Below, piece by piece: positions 1-8,888 of a stretch of DNA of 64,000 bases (position 1 is the stretch's first letter; every line of letters begins with the position of its first letter). Below the pieces are notes generated by a model. It had not been told where the DNA came from and did no database searches. It saw only the letters and a program-made list of their open reading frames with translations. Position numbers and translations under genes: made by a program. The stretch is taken from assembly GCA_963767925.1 (NCBI GenBank), contig CAVYGB010000006.1:160001-224000 (forward strand), written 5' to 3'. Source of the DNA: an uncultured delta proteobacterium (lineage in GTDB: Bacteria > Myxococcota_A > Polyangia > Fen-1088).

Positions 1-794
1 AGGGCGAGCCCCTGGCCTGGGTCAACCCTTCGCGCTGCCTGCAGCCGTGCACCTTCGATCCCACGCGCGCGCTCGTGCGGGTCAACGAGCGCGGCCTGCG
101 CGACCGGCGCGGCCGGCACCGGGTCTCGGCCGAGATCGCCCCCGACCTGCGCGATCTGGTCGCGGCGGCCCGGGTGGCCGGGCACATCCTGCGCGTCGAT
201 TCGGCGTTTCGCTCCTACGCCGCCCAGGCCAAGCTGTACGCCGCCATCCAGGAGCCGGGGCGGGCCGCCCGACCGGGGCACAGCGAGCACCAGCTCGGCA
301 CGGCGGTCGACGTGCGCCTGCCCAGCACGGCCGCCATCACCTGGCTGGCCGAAAAGGCGCCCCGCTTCGGCTTCGTGGTCAGCTATCCACCCGGCAAGCA
401 GAAGATCACCGGATACCGGCCCGAGCCCTGGCACGTTCGCCACGTGGGCCGCGCGGTGGCCGAGGAGGTGGCCCGCCGCGGCGGCAGCCTCGAGGAGCTG
501 TTCCGCGCCCGCCCCGACCTCGGCACCTCGGGGAGCTGCGCCCGCTGCCCCGCGCCGGCCTCGCAGGCCACCTGCGGCGCGATCACCAGCGCGGGCCTGT
601 GCCAGGGGACGGTCCTCACCTGGTGTTACGAGGGCGCGCTGGCCACCGTCGACTGCGCCTCGAGCAAGCAGGCCTGTGGACCGGTCGGCGACAGAGGCGC
701 GCACGACTGCCTCGATCGGCCCATGCAGGAGGCGCCGCCGCTGGCCGAGGAGCCCGCGCCCGCCGCCGACGGCAACCGCGATCCGGCCCCCTGA
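1..794 (+). CDS. M15 (VanY-like) D-Ala-D-Ala carboxypeptidase with Cys-rich C-terminal domain, 5'-partial
   Basis: Frame is open from the window edge; motifs SAFRS, HSEHQLGTAVD (SxHxxGxAxD) and EPWH; Cys-rich tail. Confidence 0.85.
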   Translation, partial: GEPLAWVNPSRCLQPCTFDPTRALVRVNERGLRDRRGRHRVSAEIAPDLRDLVAAARVAGHILRVDSAFRSYAAQAKLYAAIQEPGRAARPGHSEHQLGTAVDVRLPSTAAITWLAEKAPRFGFVVSYPPGKQKITGYRPEPWHVRHVGRAVAEEVARRGGSLEELFRARPDLGTSGSCARCPAPASQATCGAITSAGLCQGTVLTWCYEGALATVDCASSKQACGPVGDRGAHDCLDRPMQEAPPLAEEPAPAADGNRDPAP

Positions 795-861
795 TGCGCG
801 AGCCTTTGCTTGCGCGTGGCGGGCGGATCGCGGTAAGGCTGCGGCTCCTGAAAACCGAATA

Positions 862-1052
862 ACGCTTCGGGTGCCCGATACCGGGCGCCAATGGGGAAGC
901 CGGTGCGAAACCGGCGCGGTCCCGCCACTGTAAGTGGGAAGGGCCGCTCTTCACGAGCCACTCGACCCTCGACTCCCGCTGGGAGCGAGCCGGGGAAGGC
1001 GAAGAGCGGCGGAAGGTCGTCCTTCCAGCCCACGAGCCAGGAGACCCGCCCG
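862..1052 (+). ncRNA. Cobalamin (B12) riboswitch
   Basis: GGGGAAGCCGGTGCGAAACCGGCGCGGTCCCGCCACTGT, GGGAAGG and B12-box GAGCCAGGAGACCCGCC upstream of a cobalamin operon; boundaries approximate. Confidence 0.93.
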
Positions 1053-1103
1053 GAGCGAAACAAGGCACTGGCTCCGGCGGCAGACCGGAGGAAGGAATCC
1101 GAC

Positions 1104-2345
1104 ATGACGAGCACCCGTGCGCACGATCCCGCCCGAATCTCAGGCCACCGCCGAGACGGGGCCGGGGCCCTGACGAGCCTGCTGATCGCGCTGGCCCTGG
1201 CCGGTTGCGGCGAGGAAGCCGCCGCCCCCAGCGGCGGCGCCGTGACCGGCGACGCCCTGGCCGAGCGGGCGTACATCGTCAGCAAGGACCACGGTGAGCT
1301 GACCGTGATCGACCTGCGGACCATGGCCATCGCCGGGAAGGTCGACACCCTCGGCGTCGCCAACCACATGGCCGAGCTGAACGCCGACCTCAGCAAGGTG
1401 TACGTCAACTCCTCCGACACCAACGAGACCATCGTCGTCGACGCCCGCACGCTGCGCGTGCAAAAGCGGATCCTCGTCGGCGGACACCCCACCCACCTGG
1501 TGCTGACGCCCGACGGCCGTTACCTGGCCGTCATGGCCGAGGACGACAACGCCATCGTCTTCGTCGACACCAGCACGGACGAGGTGATCAAGCGCCTGCC
1601 CGGCTTCTACACGCCCCACTTCATGCGCTTCTCCGCCGACAAGCGCACCGGCTGGGTGGCCAACATCGGCGCCTCTCACGTCACGCGGGTCGAGCTCGCC
1701 AGCCTCGAGATCGTCGGGCACGTCGCCCTCGATGGCTTCGAGGGGCCGCCCAACGCCACCGAGGCCCCCGACGAGGGCGGCTTCGCCGACGCCCAGATCG
1801 ACCGCAACGGGATCCTCTACGCCGCCCACCACGCCACCGGGCGGGTGCTGGTCGTCGACACGGCCACCGGCAACAAGCGGCCCGAGCTGCGGGTCGGCAA
1901 GGGGCCCTGGGTTGTCTTCGCCGAGCACCCCTTCGCCAACCTTCCCCTGCGCCACCTGGTGCCGAACTTCGGCGACATGACGCTGTCGCTGATCGACGGC
2001 GGGGACAACCGGGTGATGAGCACCCTGCCGGGCGACGAGGAGGCCTACGGCGTGAACTTCTCGCCGCGCACGCCGGGCCGGGCCTTCGTGATGAACCGCC
2101 TGCGCAAGGACGTGGCGGTCGTCGACACGGCGGCCGGGCGGATCATGGCCCGCATCGAGGTGGGCGGAAACACCGAGACCGCCGCCACCACCGCCGACGG
2201 GCGCTACATCGTGGCCGCGGTGAGCGGGGCCGACCGGGTCGTCGTGATCGACCCCGAGACCGCCCAGGTGACGAAGGCGTTCGAGGGGGTCGGCAAGTAC
2301 CCCTGGAGCGTCACCATCCCCTTCGGGCAGAACTACTGCCACTGA
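1104..2345 (+). CDS. YncE/YVTN-type beta-propeller lipoprotein
   Basis: RBS GGAGGAAGG before ATG 1104; lipobox LAGC; repeated blades (TVIDL, IVVD, VFVDT, VVIDP); ends GQNYCH. Confidence 0.8.
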   Translation: MTSTRAHDPARISGHRRDGAGALTSLLIALALAGCGEEAAAPSGGAVTGDALAERAYIVSKDHGELTVIDLRTMAIAGKVDTLGVANHMAELNADLSKVYVNSSDTNETIVVDARTLRVQKRILVGGHPTHLVLTPDGRYLAVMAEDDNAIVFVDTSTDEVIKRLPGFYTPHFMRFSADKRTGWVANIGASHVTRVELASLEIVGHVALDGFEGPPNATEAPDEGGFADAQIDRNGILYAAHHATGRVLVVDTATGNKRPELRVGKGPWVVFAEHPFANLPLRHLVPNFGDMTLSLIDGGDNRVMSTLPGDEEAYGVNFSPRTPGRAFVMNRLRKDVAVVDTAAGRIMARIEVGGNTETAATTADGRYIVAAVSGADRVVVIDPETAQVTKAFEGVGKYPWSVTIPFGQNYCH

Positions 2346-2352
2346 AGGTCCG

Positions 2353-3429
2353 GTGTCCGGATCGCCGATCGAAGAGGGCCGGCGGCCTGCCGGCGCCGCC
2401 TGCCTTTGCGTGGGGCGGGACCGGCGGCCCTCTGCCCGCGCGATCCGCCCCACGCGGCGGGGGCCCGAGCGCGCGCTGATCTTCCTGCTCCCGCTGCTCG
2501 CGGGGCTGGCCGGCTGCCGGGGCTCGGAGGTGGCGGCCGCGCCGTCGCCGCCATCGGGTAAAGAGGGTTTCGCCGGGCCCGCGGCCGGAGGGCCGAACCC
2601 GGCGGCGGCTGCTCGGCCGGGCGGGGCGGCCCGGGTGGTGAGCTTGCACGACGTGACCACGGAGATCGTGGTGGCCCTCGGCGCGGTGGAGCGCCTGGTG
2701 GGGGTGAGCGGGGCGGTGCAGGTGCCGCCCGAGGTGGCCCGGGCGGTGGCCGGCGTGCCCCGGGTCGATGGCGCCGAGTCGATCGTGAAGGTGCGGCCCA
2801 CGGTGGTGCTGGGCACCGACGTCGTCGCCGAGCGATCGCCCGAGCTGGTGGCCTTCCTGCGCGGCCGGGGCGTCGAGGTCTGGCTGGCCAGCCCGACTAC
2901 CCTCGACGGCGTCTTCGCGGTCGTCGCGCAGGTGGCCGCCCGGGTCGGCGCGCCCGCGCGCGGGCAGGCCCTGGTGAACGGGTTGCAGGCCCGGGTCGCG
3001 GCGGCCACCCGCCCCGGGATGGTCAGGGCCGGCGGGGAGGCGCCGGCCGGGACCGGGCCCGCGCGCCGGGCGCTGCCGGTGTTCGTCTACGACTGCTGCG
3101 ACCCGGCCTTCACCGCCGCGGGCAAGACCGTCATCAGCGACGTCATCGCGCGCGCGGGCGGCCGCAACGTCTTCGCCGACCTGGACGCCGACTGGACCAA
3201 GGTCTCCTGGGAGGCGGTCGTCGCCCGCCGCCCCGGGCTCGTCGTGATCCACGACTACGCCTACGAGGGCCAGGGCGACGTCGCCGCCAAGCGCGCCCAG
3301 CTCCGGGCGATCCGCGCGCTGGCCGGCCTGCCCGAGGTGGTGTTGCCCCTCGGCCTCTCGCTCGGCGGCATCCGCAGCGTCGAGGCCCTCGAGCGTCTGG
3401 CCCCCCTCTTCGCCCGGGCCAACCCATGA
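2353..3429 (+). CDS. ABC substrate-binding lipoprotein, BtuF/TroA-like (start uncertain)
   Basis: Lipobox LAGC; RVVSL..TTEIVVALG, ESIVKVRP, AGGRNVF, VSWEAVVARRP. Confidence 0.85.
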   Translation: MSGSPIEEGRRPAGAACLCVGRDRRPSARAIRPTRRGPERALIFLLPLLAGLAGCRGSEVAAAPSPPSGKEGFAGPAAGGPNPAAAARPGGAARVVSLHDVTTEIVVALGAVERLVGVSGAVQVPPEVARAVAGVPRVDGAESIVKVRPTVVLGTDVVAERSPELVAFLRGRGVEVWLASPTTLDGVFAVVAQVAARVGAPARGQALVNGLQARVAAATRPGMVRAGGEAPAGTGPARRALPVFVYDCCDPAFTAAGKTVISDVIARAGGRNVFADLDADWTKVSWEAVVARRPGLVVIHDYAYEGQGDVAAKRAQLRAIRALAGLPEVVLPLGLSLGGIRSVEALERLAPLFARANP

Positions 3430-4448
3430 CCGGCACAGCCCGCGCCGAGGATCGGATCGGTTTGGCGGTGGCGGGGCCGGCGCCGCGTTCGCCCGTGGCG
3501 GTGCTGCTGGCCCTGGCGCTCGTGGTGTTTTTCGCGGCGGTGGGCGGCCTGGCGGTGGGGGCCTCGGGGGTGCGCTGGGATCTGCTCTCCGCCCTGCTGG
3601 GCGGAGACGAGGTGGTGGCGACGCTGCGGGGGCCCCGGGTGCTGCTGGCGGCCCTGACCGGGGCGGAGCTGGCCCTGGCCGGCCTGGCGATGCAGGCGGT
3701 GCTGCGCAACGACCTCGCCGATCCGTACGTGCTGGGGGTGTCGGGCGGCGCCTCGTTGGCGGCGGTGGCCTCGCTGGCCCTCTGGCCGGGGTTGCCCCCG
3801 GGACCGGCGGCGGCGCTCGGGGCGGCGGCGGCGACCGGCCTGGTGCGGGGGCTGGCCGGGCCGGCGCCCGGATCGAGCCGGTTGATCCTCACCGGGGTGG
3901 CGGTGGGCTCGCTGCTGGCCAGCGTGACCGGCCTGGTGCTCGTGCTGGCCCCGGCCGAGCGGCTGCTGCGCTCGGCCTTCTTCTGGCTGTTCGGCGGCTT
4001 CGGGACCCCCGGCCTGGCGGCGGCCCTCGTGCCCGCCGTCGCGCTGGGGCTGGCGCTGGCCTGGATGCACGGCCGCGCCGAGCGCCTGGATCGGCTGGCC
4101 CTCGGCGACGACGTGGCCACCTCGCTCGGCGTCGACGTCGCCCGGTTGCGGCGGGTGGCGCTGCTGGTGGCGGTGCTGCTCACCGCGAGCGCGGTTGCGG
4201 CCGCCGGCCTGATCGGCTTCGTCGGGCTGATCGCGCCCCACGCCGCCCGCCGGCTGGTGGGCGCCAAGCACCGCCGGCTGGTCGGCGTCTCGGCGCTGCT
4301 CGGCGCCGCCCTGGTGATGCTCGCCGACACGGCCGCTCGCACGGCGTTCCAGCCCCGCGAGGTCCCGGTCGGGCTGCTGACCGCCGGGGTCGGCGGCCCG
4401 CTCTTTCTCTACCTGCTCGCGCGGAGGCAAGCGCCGTGGGCGACCTGA
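3426..4448 (+). CDS. FecCD/BtuC-family ABC permease
   Basis: RGPRVL, QAVLRNDLADPYVLGVS, LGDDVATSLGV, GLIGFVGLIAPH, PVGLLTAGVGGPLF. Confidence 0.92.
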   Translation: MTGTARAEDRIGLAVAGPAPRSPVAVLLALALVVFFAAVGGLAVGASGVRWDLLSALLGGDEVVATLRGPRVLLAALTGAELALAGLAMQAVLRNDLADPYVLGVSGGASLAAVASLALWPGLPPGPAAALGAAAATGLVRGLAGPAPGSSRLILTGVAVGSLLASVTGLVLVLAPAERLLRSAFFWLFGGFGTPGLAAALVPAVALGLALAWMHGRAERLDRLALGDDVATSLGVDVARLRRVALLVAVLLTASAVAAAGLIGFVGLIAPHAARRLVGAKHRRLVGVSALLGAALVMLADTAARTAFQPREVPVGLLTAGVGGPLFLYLLARRQAPWAT

Positions 4449-6577
4449 TCGCCGCGGACGCGGCGGACACCGCCCGGACCCTGGCGCCCGGGCCGGCGCT
4501 GGTCGACGGAGCGGAGGTGCGCGCGGAGGACCTGGCGGTGGGGCGCGGCGGGCGGACGGTGCTGCGCGGGATCGACCTCGCGATCGCGCCGGGCGAGCAG
4601 CTCGCGCTGGTGGGAGCGAACGGGTCGGGCAAGACCACCCTGCTGCGGGCGCTGGCCGGGCTGGATCAGCCGCTCGCCGGGCGCCTGACCTGGGCGGGCG
4701 GGCCGCTGCCGCCGGGCCCCGCGCGTGTGCGCTCGCTCGGCGTGCTGTTCCAGGCCGAGCCTCCGGGGCCGTTCACGGTGGCCGAGCTGGTGGCCCTCGG
4801 GCTGGGCCTCGACGGCCCGCCCGGTCCGACCCAGCGCGATCGGGTGACCGCCACCCTCGCCCGCCTCGATCTGACGGCGCTGGCCCACCGCCCCTGCACC
4901 GCGCTCTCGGGCGGCGAGTGGCAGCGGGCCGCGCTCGGCCGGGCCCTCGTCGCCGGGGCCCGGGTGCTCCTGCTCGACGAGCCGGCCAGCCACCTCGATC
5001 CCGCCCGCCGGGCGGGGCTGCGCCGCCTGCTCGACAGTTTGCGCCCGGAGGTGGCGGTCGTCCTGGCCACCCACGACCTCGAGCAGGCCGCCCTGTGCGA
5101 CAGGGTGCTGCTGCTCGCCGGCGGCGGACCGCTCGCCCTCGGCCCGGCCCGCGAGGTCCTCACCCCGGACCGGCTGGCCGCCGCCCTCGACGTCGAGGTC
5201 CGCCGTCTCGACGATCCCGAGGGCGGCCCCCCGCTGTTCCGCGTGCTCGGCCCGGCCCGGAGCCGGCGGCCCGGCGAGACGCCCCCCGCGCCCCCGGCCC
5301 CACCCGCCGCCGACCCCGCCCGCCCCGCAGCGCGCCCCGGCGCCAGCCTGCTGCCGCGCGGGGGCCGCCGGAGCCTCGGCGTGCTCGTGGTGGGGCACGG
5401 CAGCCGCGAGGCGAAGGCCAACGAGGAATTCCTCACCCTCGTCGAGGCCTTCCGCGCGCGGGTGGCCCGCCCCGCCGGGGACGCGCTGGCCCGGCCCGTC
5501 GACGAGGTGGCGCACGCTCACATCGAGCTGGTCGGACCCTTCGTCGACGAGGCGCTCGCCGCGCTGGCCGCCCGCCACGACACGGTCGTGGTGCTGCCCC
5601 TGTTCCTGCTGCTGGTCGGCCACGCCAAGAACGATCTGCCGATCGCCCTGGCCCGGGCCCGGGCCGCCTTCCCCGCCGTGCGCTTCTCGGTCGGGCGCGA
5701 GCTCGGCATCCACACCTTGCTGCTCGACCTGCTGTACGAGCGGGCCGCCGCCGCCACGCCGCCCGAGGAGACCGGCAAGACCGCGGTCATCGTCGTGGGG
5801 CGGGGGTCGAGCGACCCCGACGCCAACGGCGAGCTGTGCAAGCTGGTGCGGCTGTTCGGCGAGGGGCGGGGCTTCGCCGCCGTCGCGCCGGCCTTCGCCG
5901 GGATCACGTCGCCGCGGCTGGCCGACGCCCTCGAGCAGGCGGCCCGCTCCCGGCCCGGCCGCATCCTCGTGGTCCCCCACCTGCTGTTCGCCGGCCGCCT
6001 CGTCGACCGCCTGCGCGAGGAGACGGCGGCCTTCGGCGCCCGTTACCCCTGGATCCGCACCACCGTGGCCGGGCACCTCGGCCCCGACCCGCGCCTCGGC
6101 GAGATCCTGGAGCAGCGGCTCGCCGAGGCGCTCTCCGGCCGGGACCCCCTGCCCTGCGACACCTGCCAGTACCGGGTGCCGGTGGCCGGCGTCGCCAGCA
6201 GCGTCGGTGGCCTGCGGGCCCTCCTCTGGAGCGTGCGGCACGGCTTCACCCACAGCCAGGCGGCGCCCCACCTGCACGCCCACCGCCCGCTCAGCAAACA
6301 CGTCCTCGTGTGCGGCAACGTCGACTGCGCCGCCGGCGGCAGCCTGGCCCTGCTCGACCGGCTGCGCCGGCTGATCAAGCGCGCCGGCCGCCAGCGGGAC
6401 ATCCGGGTGACCCGCACCTCGTGCATGGGCCGCTGTGGCGAGGGACCCACCGTGGCGGTCTACCCCGACGGCGTCTGGTACCGGGCCGTGCGCGAGACCG
6501 ACGCCGAGGACCTGGTGCGCGAGCACCTGCTGGCCGATCGCCTTGTCGCGCGGCTGGTCGACAACATCATGCAGTGA
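4436..6577 (+). CDS. cbiX: Fusion of BtuD/FepC-type ABC ATPase, long-form CbiX cobaltochelatase and thioredoxin-like [2Fe-2S] ferredoxin
   Basis: Walker A GANGSGKTT, LSGGE, LLLDE, ATHD; Pro/Ala linker; two CbiX repeats (VVGHGS, VVGRGSSD); CDTC; His-rich stretch; VCGNVDC...SCMGRCGEGP.VAVYPDGVWY. Confidence 0.88.
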   Translation: MGDLIAADAADTARTLAPGPALVDGAEVRAEDLAVGRGGRTVLRGIDLAIAPGEQLALVGANGSGKTTLLRALAGLDQPLAGRLTWAGGPLPPGPARVRSLGVLFQAEPPGPFTVAELVALGLGLDGPPGPTQRDRVTATLARLDLTALAHRPCTALSGGEWQRAALGRALVAGARVLLLDEPASHLDPARRAGLRRLLDSLRPEVAVVLATHDLEQAALCDRVLLLAGGGPLALGPAREVLTPDRLAAALDVEVRRLDDPEGGPPLFRVLGPARSRRPGETPPAPPAPPAADPARPAARPGASLLPRGGRRSLGVLVVGHGSREAKANEEFLTLVEAFRARVARPAGDALARPVDEVAHAHIELVGPFVDEALAALAARHDTVVVLPLFLLLVGHAKNDLPIALARARAAFPAVRFSVGRELGIHTLLLDLLYERAAAATPPEETGKTAVIVVGRGSSDPDANGELCKLVRLFGEGRGFAAVAPAFAGITSPRLADALEQAARSRPGRILVVPHLLFAGRLVDRLREETAAFGARYPWIRTTVAGHLGPDPRLGEILEQRLAEALSGRDPLPCDTCQYRVPVAGVASSVGGLRALLWSVRHGFTHSQAAPHLHAHRPLSKHVLVCGNVDCAAGGSLALLDRLRRLIKRAGRQRDIRVTRTSCMGRCGEGPTVAVYPDGVWYRAVRETDAEDLVREHLLADRLVARLVDNIMQ

Positions 6578-6591
6578 AAGAGAGGAAGATC

Positions 6592-6966
6592 ATGGCCTGT
6601 CACGAAATCGCCGCCCTCCGCCTGGGCCTCATGCAGGTGCTCGGCCGCAAGGACGAAGCCGAGCGGCAACACGAGATCGCCGAGCTGGGCAAAGGCGCGG
6701 AGGCGCCCGGTCCCATCCGCTCGCTGTGCGGGGCCCAGGACCTGGCCAACCTGCAGAGCTTTTACGCCAGCGCGCTCGCCGATCTGAACAGCAAGGTGGC
6801 CGACATGCGCCCGGACGATCCCCAGCTCGCCTACCACCGCACGCTGGTGGTCCTCACCAAGAAGGTCGAGCTGGACCTGGCCGCCCAGATCGACAACCTC
6901 ACCCGCCTCTATCAAGACCTGGACGAGATGCACGACTTCGTCCACGAGATGTACCCGGCCGAGTGA
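6592..6966 (+). CDS. DUF3209-like cobalamin-cluster protein
   Basis: RBS GAGGAAG; MACHEIAALRLGLM...ERQHE N-terminus recognised from DUF3209. Confidence 0.75.
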   Translation: MACHEIAALRLGLMQVLGRKDEAERQHEIAELGKGAEAPGPIRSLCGAQDLANLQSFYASALADLNSKVADMRPDDPQLAYHRTLVVLTKKVELDLAAQIDNLTRLYQDLDEMHDFVHEMYPAE

Positions 6967-6970
6967 CCCC

Positions 6971-7774
6971 ATGGCCGTGACTCGCTTCGCAACCCTCCGC
7001 GCCGCCGAGCCCCTCGGCGGCGACACCCGCCTGCTCTCCTTCGATCTGCACGGTGACGAGCCGCTGGGGTTCTCCGGCGGGCAATACCTCATCGTCGACG
7101 CGGGCCTGGTCCTCCCCTCGGGCAAGGCGGTCAAGCGCGCCTATTCCATCCTCACCCCCGACGGCGACCAGCACCGCTTCACCCTGGCCAGCAAGCGGAT
7201 CGACCCCGGCCCCGGCTCGGGGTACATGCACGGGCTGCTCCCGGGCGCCGAGATCAAGTTCAGCGGCCCCTGGGGCAAGCTGCGACCGGACGGAGAGCGG
7301 CCGGGCCGGGTGCTCGTCCTCGCCACCGACACGGGGGTGACGGCCACCCTCGGGCTGGTGCTGGGCCGGGCCTTCGCCCCGCTGCTGCCGCGCACCCACT
7401 TCGTCTGGCTGCGCCCCGACCCCGGCTATTTCCTGCCCGAGGCCCTGGTCCGCGAGCGGCTCCCGGCCGGGCTGGAGGAGGTGGCGATCGACCTGCTGCC
7501 CCCCATCGGCCACCCCGAGCGGGTGGCCCACGTGCGCACGCGGCTGGCCGACGATCTCGGCCGCGCCGGCTCCAGCGCCCGCCGGCAGCCGGTGGCCCAG
7601 GCCTTCATCGCCGGGGACGGGACCATCAACTACGCGCTGCTCGACGACCTTGTCGCGGCCGGCATCCCCGCCACCCGGGACCACCTGGAGAGCTTCTTCA
7701 ACATGCCCAAGAAGAGCCCGGCGGCCCCCCCGGCCGGCGCAACGGCTACCGGAGCGAAGGGGGAGGCGGCATAG
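6971..7774 (+). CDS. FAD-dependent oxidoreductase, ferredoxin-NADP reductase-like
   Basis: FSGGQY, KRAYSI (RxYS), GPGSGYMH, SGPWG, ATDTGVT. Confidence 0.8.
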   Translation: MAVTRFATLRAAEPLGGDTRLLSFDLHGDEPLGFSGGQYLIVDAGLVLPSGKAVKRAYSILTPDGDQHRFTLASKRIDPGPGSGYMHGLLPGAEIKFSGPWGKLRPDGERPGRVLVLATDTGVTATLGLVLGRAFAPLLPRTHFVWLRPDPGYFLPEALVRERLPAGLEEVAIDLLPPIGHPERVAHVRTRLADDLGRAGSSARRQPVAQAFIAGDGTINYALLDDLVAAGIPATRDHLESFFNMPKKSPAAPPAGATATGAKGEAA

Positions 7775-7784
7775 TCCGTGGATC

Positions 7785-8888
7785 GTGGAACGCCCACCGA
7801 CTCCCGAGGAGAGAAAGCGGCTGCGCACCGGCTTCACCACCGGGGCCTGCGCGGCCGCGGCGGCCAAGGCGGCGGCCCGGGCCCTGCGCACGGGCGCGCC
7901 CCTCACGGAGATCGAGACCACCTTGCCCAACCGGCAGCGGGTGACCTTCGCCCTGAAGCGCTGCGAGATCCTCGGGCAGCAGGCGACGGCGAGCGTGATC
8001 AAGGACGCGGGCGACGATCCCGACTGCACCCACGGGGCGGAGCTGACCGCCACCGTCGAGCTGACCGACACCCCGGACATCGTGCTGCAGGCGGGGGCCG
8101 GGGTGGCCACCGTGACCAAGCCGGGGCTGGGTCTGGAGGTGGGTGGGCCGGCCATCACCGCGGTGCCGCGCAAGAACATCCGCGAGATGGTGGCGGCGGA
8201 GCTGGCGCCCGGGCAGGGGGCCATCGTCGTCATCAGCGTGCCGGGGGGCGAGGAGATGGCCAAGCAGACGCTCAACGCCCGGCTGGGCCTGCTCGGCGGC
8301 ATCTCGATCCTGGGGACCACCGGGATCGTCAAGCCGTACTCCACGGCTGCCTACAAGGCCAGCGTGGTGCAGGCCATCGACGTGGCCCACGAGCGGGGGC
8401 TGCGGACGGTGGTGGTGACAACCGGGGGCAAGTCCGAGACCTACGCCATGAAGCTGCACCCGGGCCTGCCCGAGGAGGCGTTCATCCAGATGGGTGACTT
8501 CGTCGGGATCACCCTGCGCCACTGCGCCCGCCGGGGCATCGAGCAGGCGGTCGTCGTCGGCATGATCGGCAAGCTGTCGAAGATGGCCGATGGCAAGATG
8601 CAGACCCACGCCGCCGGCTCCGAGGTGAACATGGAGCTGCTGGCCAACCTGGCGGCCGAGCTCGGCGCCAGCTCCGAGCTGCAGGCCCGCATCCGGGCGG
8701 CCAACACCGCCCGGCACGTGCTGGAGATCTGCACCGCCGAGGGGCTGACCGGCATCGCCGCCCTGATCTGCCGCAAGGTGGTGGGTCACGGCACCCGGCA
8801 CGCGGGGGGAACCCTCGCGGTGGCGGCGGTGCTCGTCGATTTCGACGGAAAAGTGCTGGGACGTTTCCCGGAGACGGAGTCGACATGA
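7785..8888 (+). CDS. cbiD: Cobalt-precorrin-5B C1-methyltransferase
   Basis: LRTGFTTGACAAAAAKAA, KDAGDDPDCTHG, TLNARLGLLGGISILGTTGIVKPYS; GTG start inferred. Confidence 0.95.
   Translation: MERPPTPEERKRLRTGFTTGACAAAAAKAAARALRTGAPLTEIETTLPNRQRVTFALKRCEILGQQATASVIKDAGDDPDCTHGAELTATVELTDTPDIVLQAGAGVATVTKPGLGLEVGGPAITAVPRKNIREMVAAELAPGQGAIVVISVPGGEEMAKQTLNARLGLLGGISILGTTGIVKPYSTAAYKASVVQAIDVAHERGLRTVVVTTGGKSETYAMKLHPGLPEEAFIQMGDFVGITLRHCARRGIEQAVVVGMIGKLSKMADGKMQTHAAGSEVNMELLANLAAELGASSELQARIRAANTARHVLEICTAEGLTGIAALICRKVVGHGTRHAGGTLAVAAVLVDFDGKVLGRFPETEST

Noticed and set aside
891..1103. N-terminal extension of ORF 891..2345
   Set aside because: It overlaps the cobalamin riboswitch; ATG 1104 has an RBS and gives a more plausible lipoprotein leader
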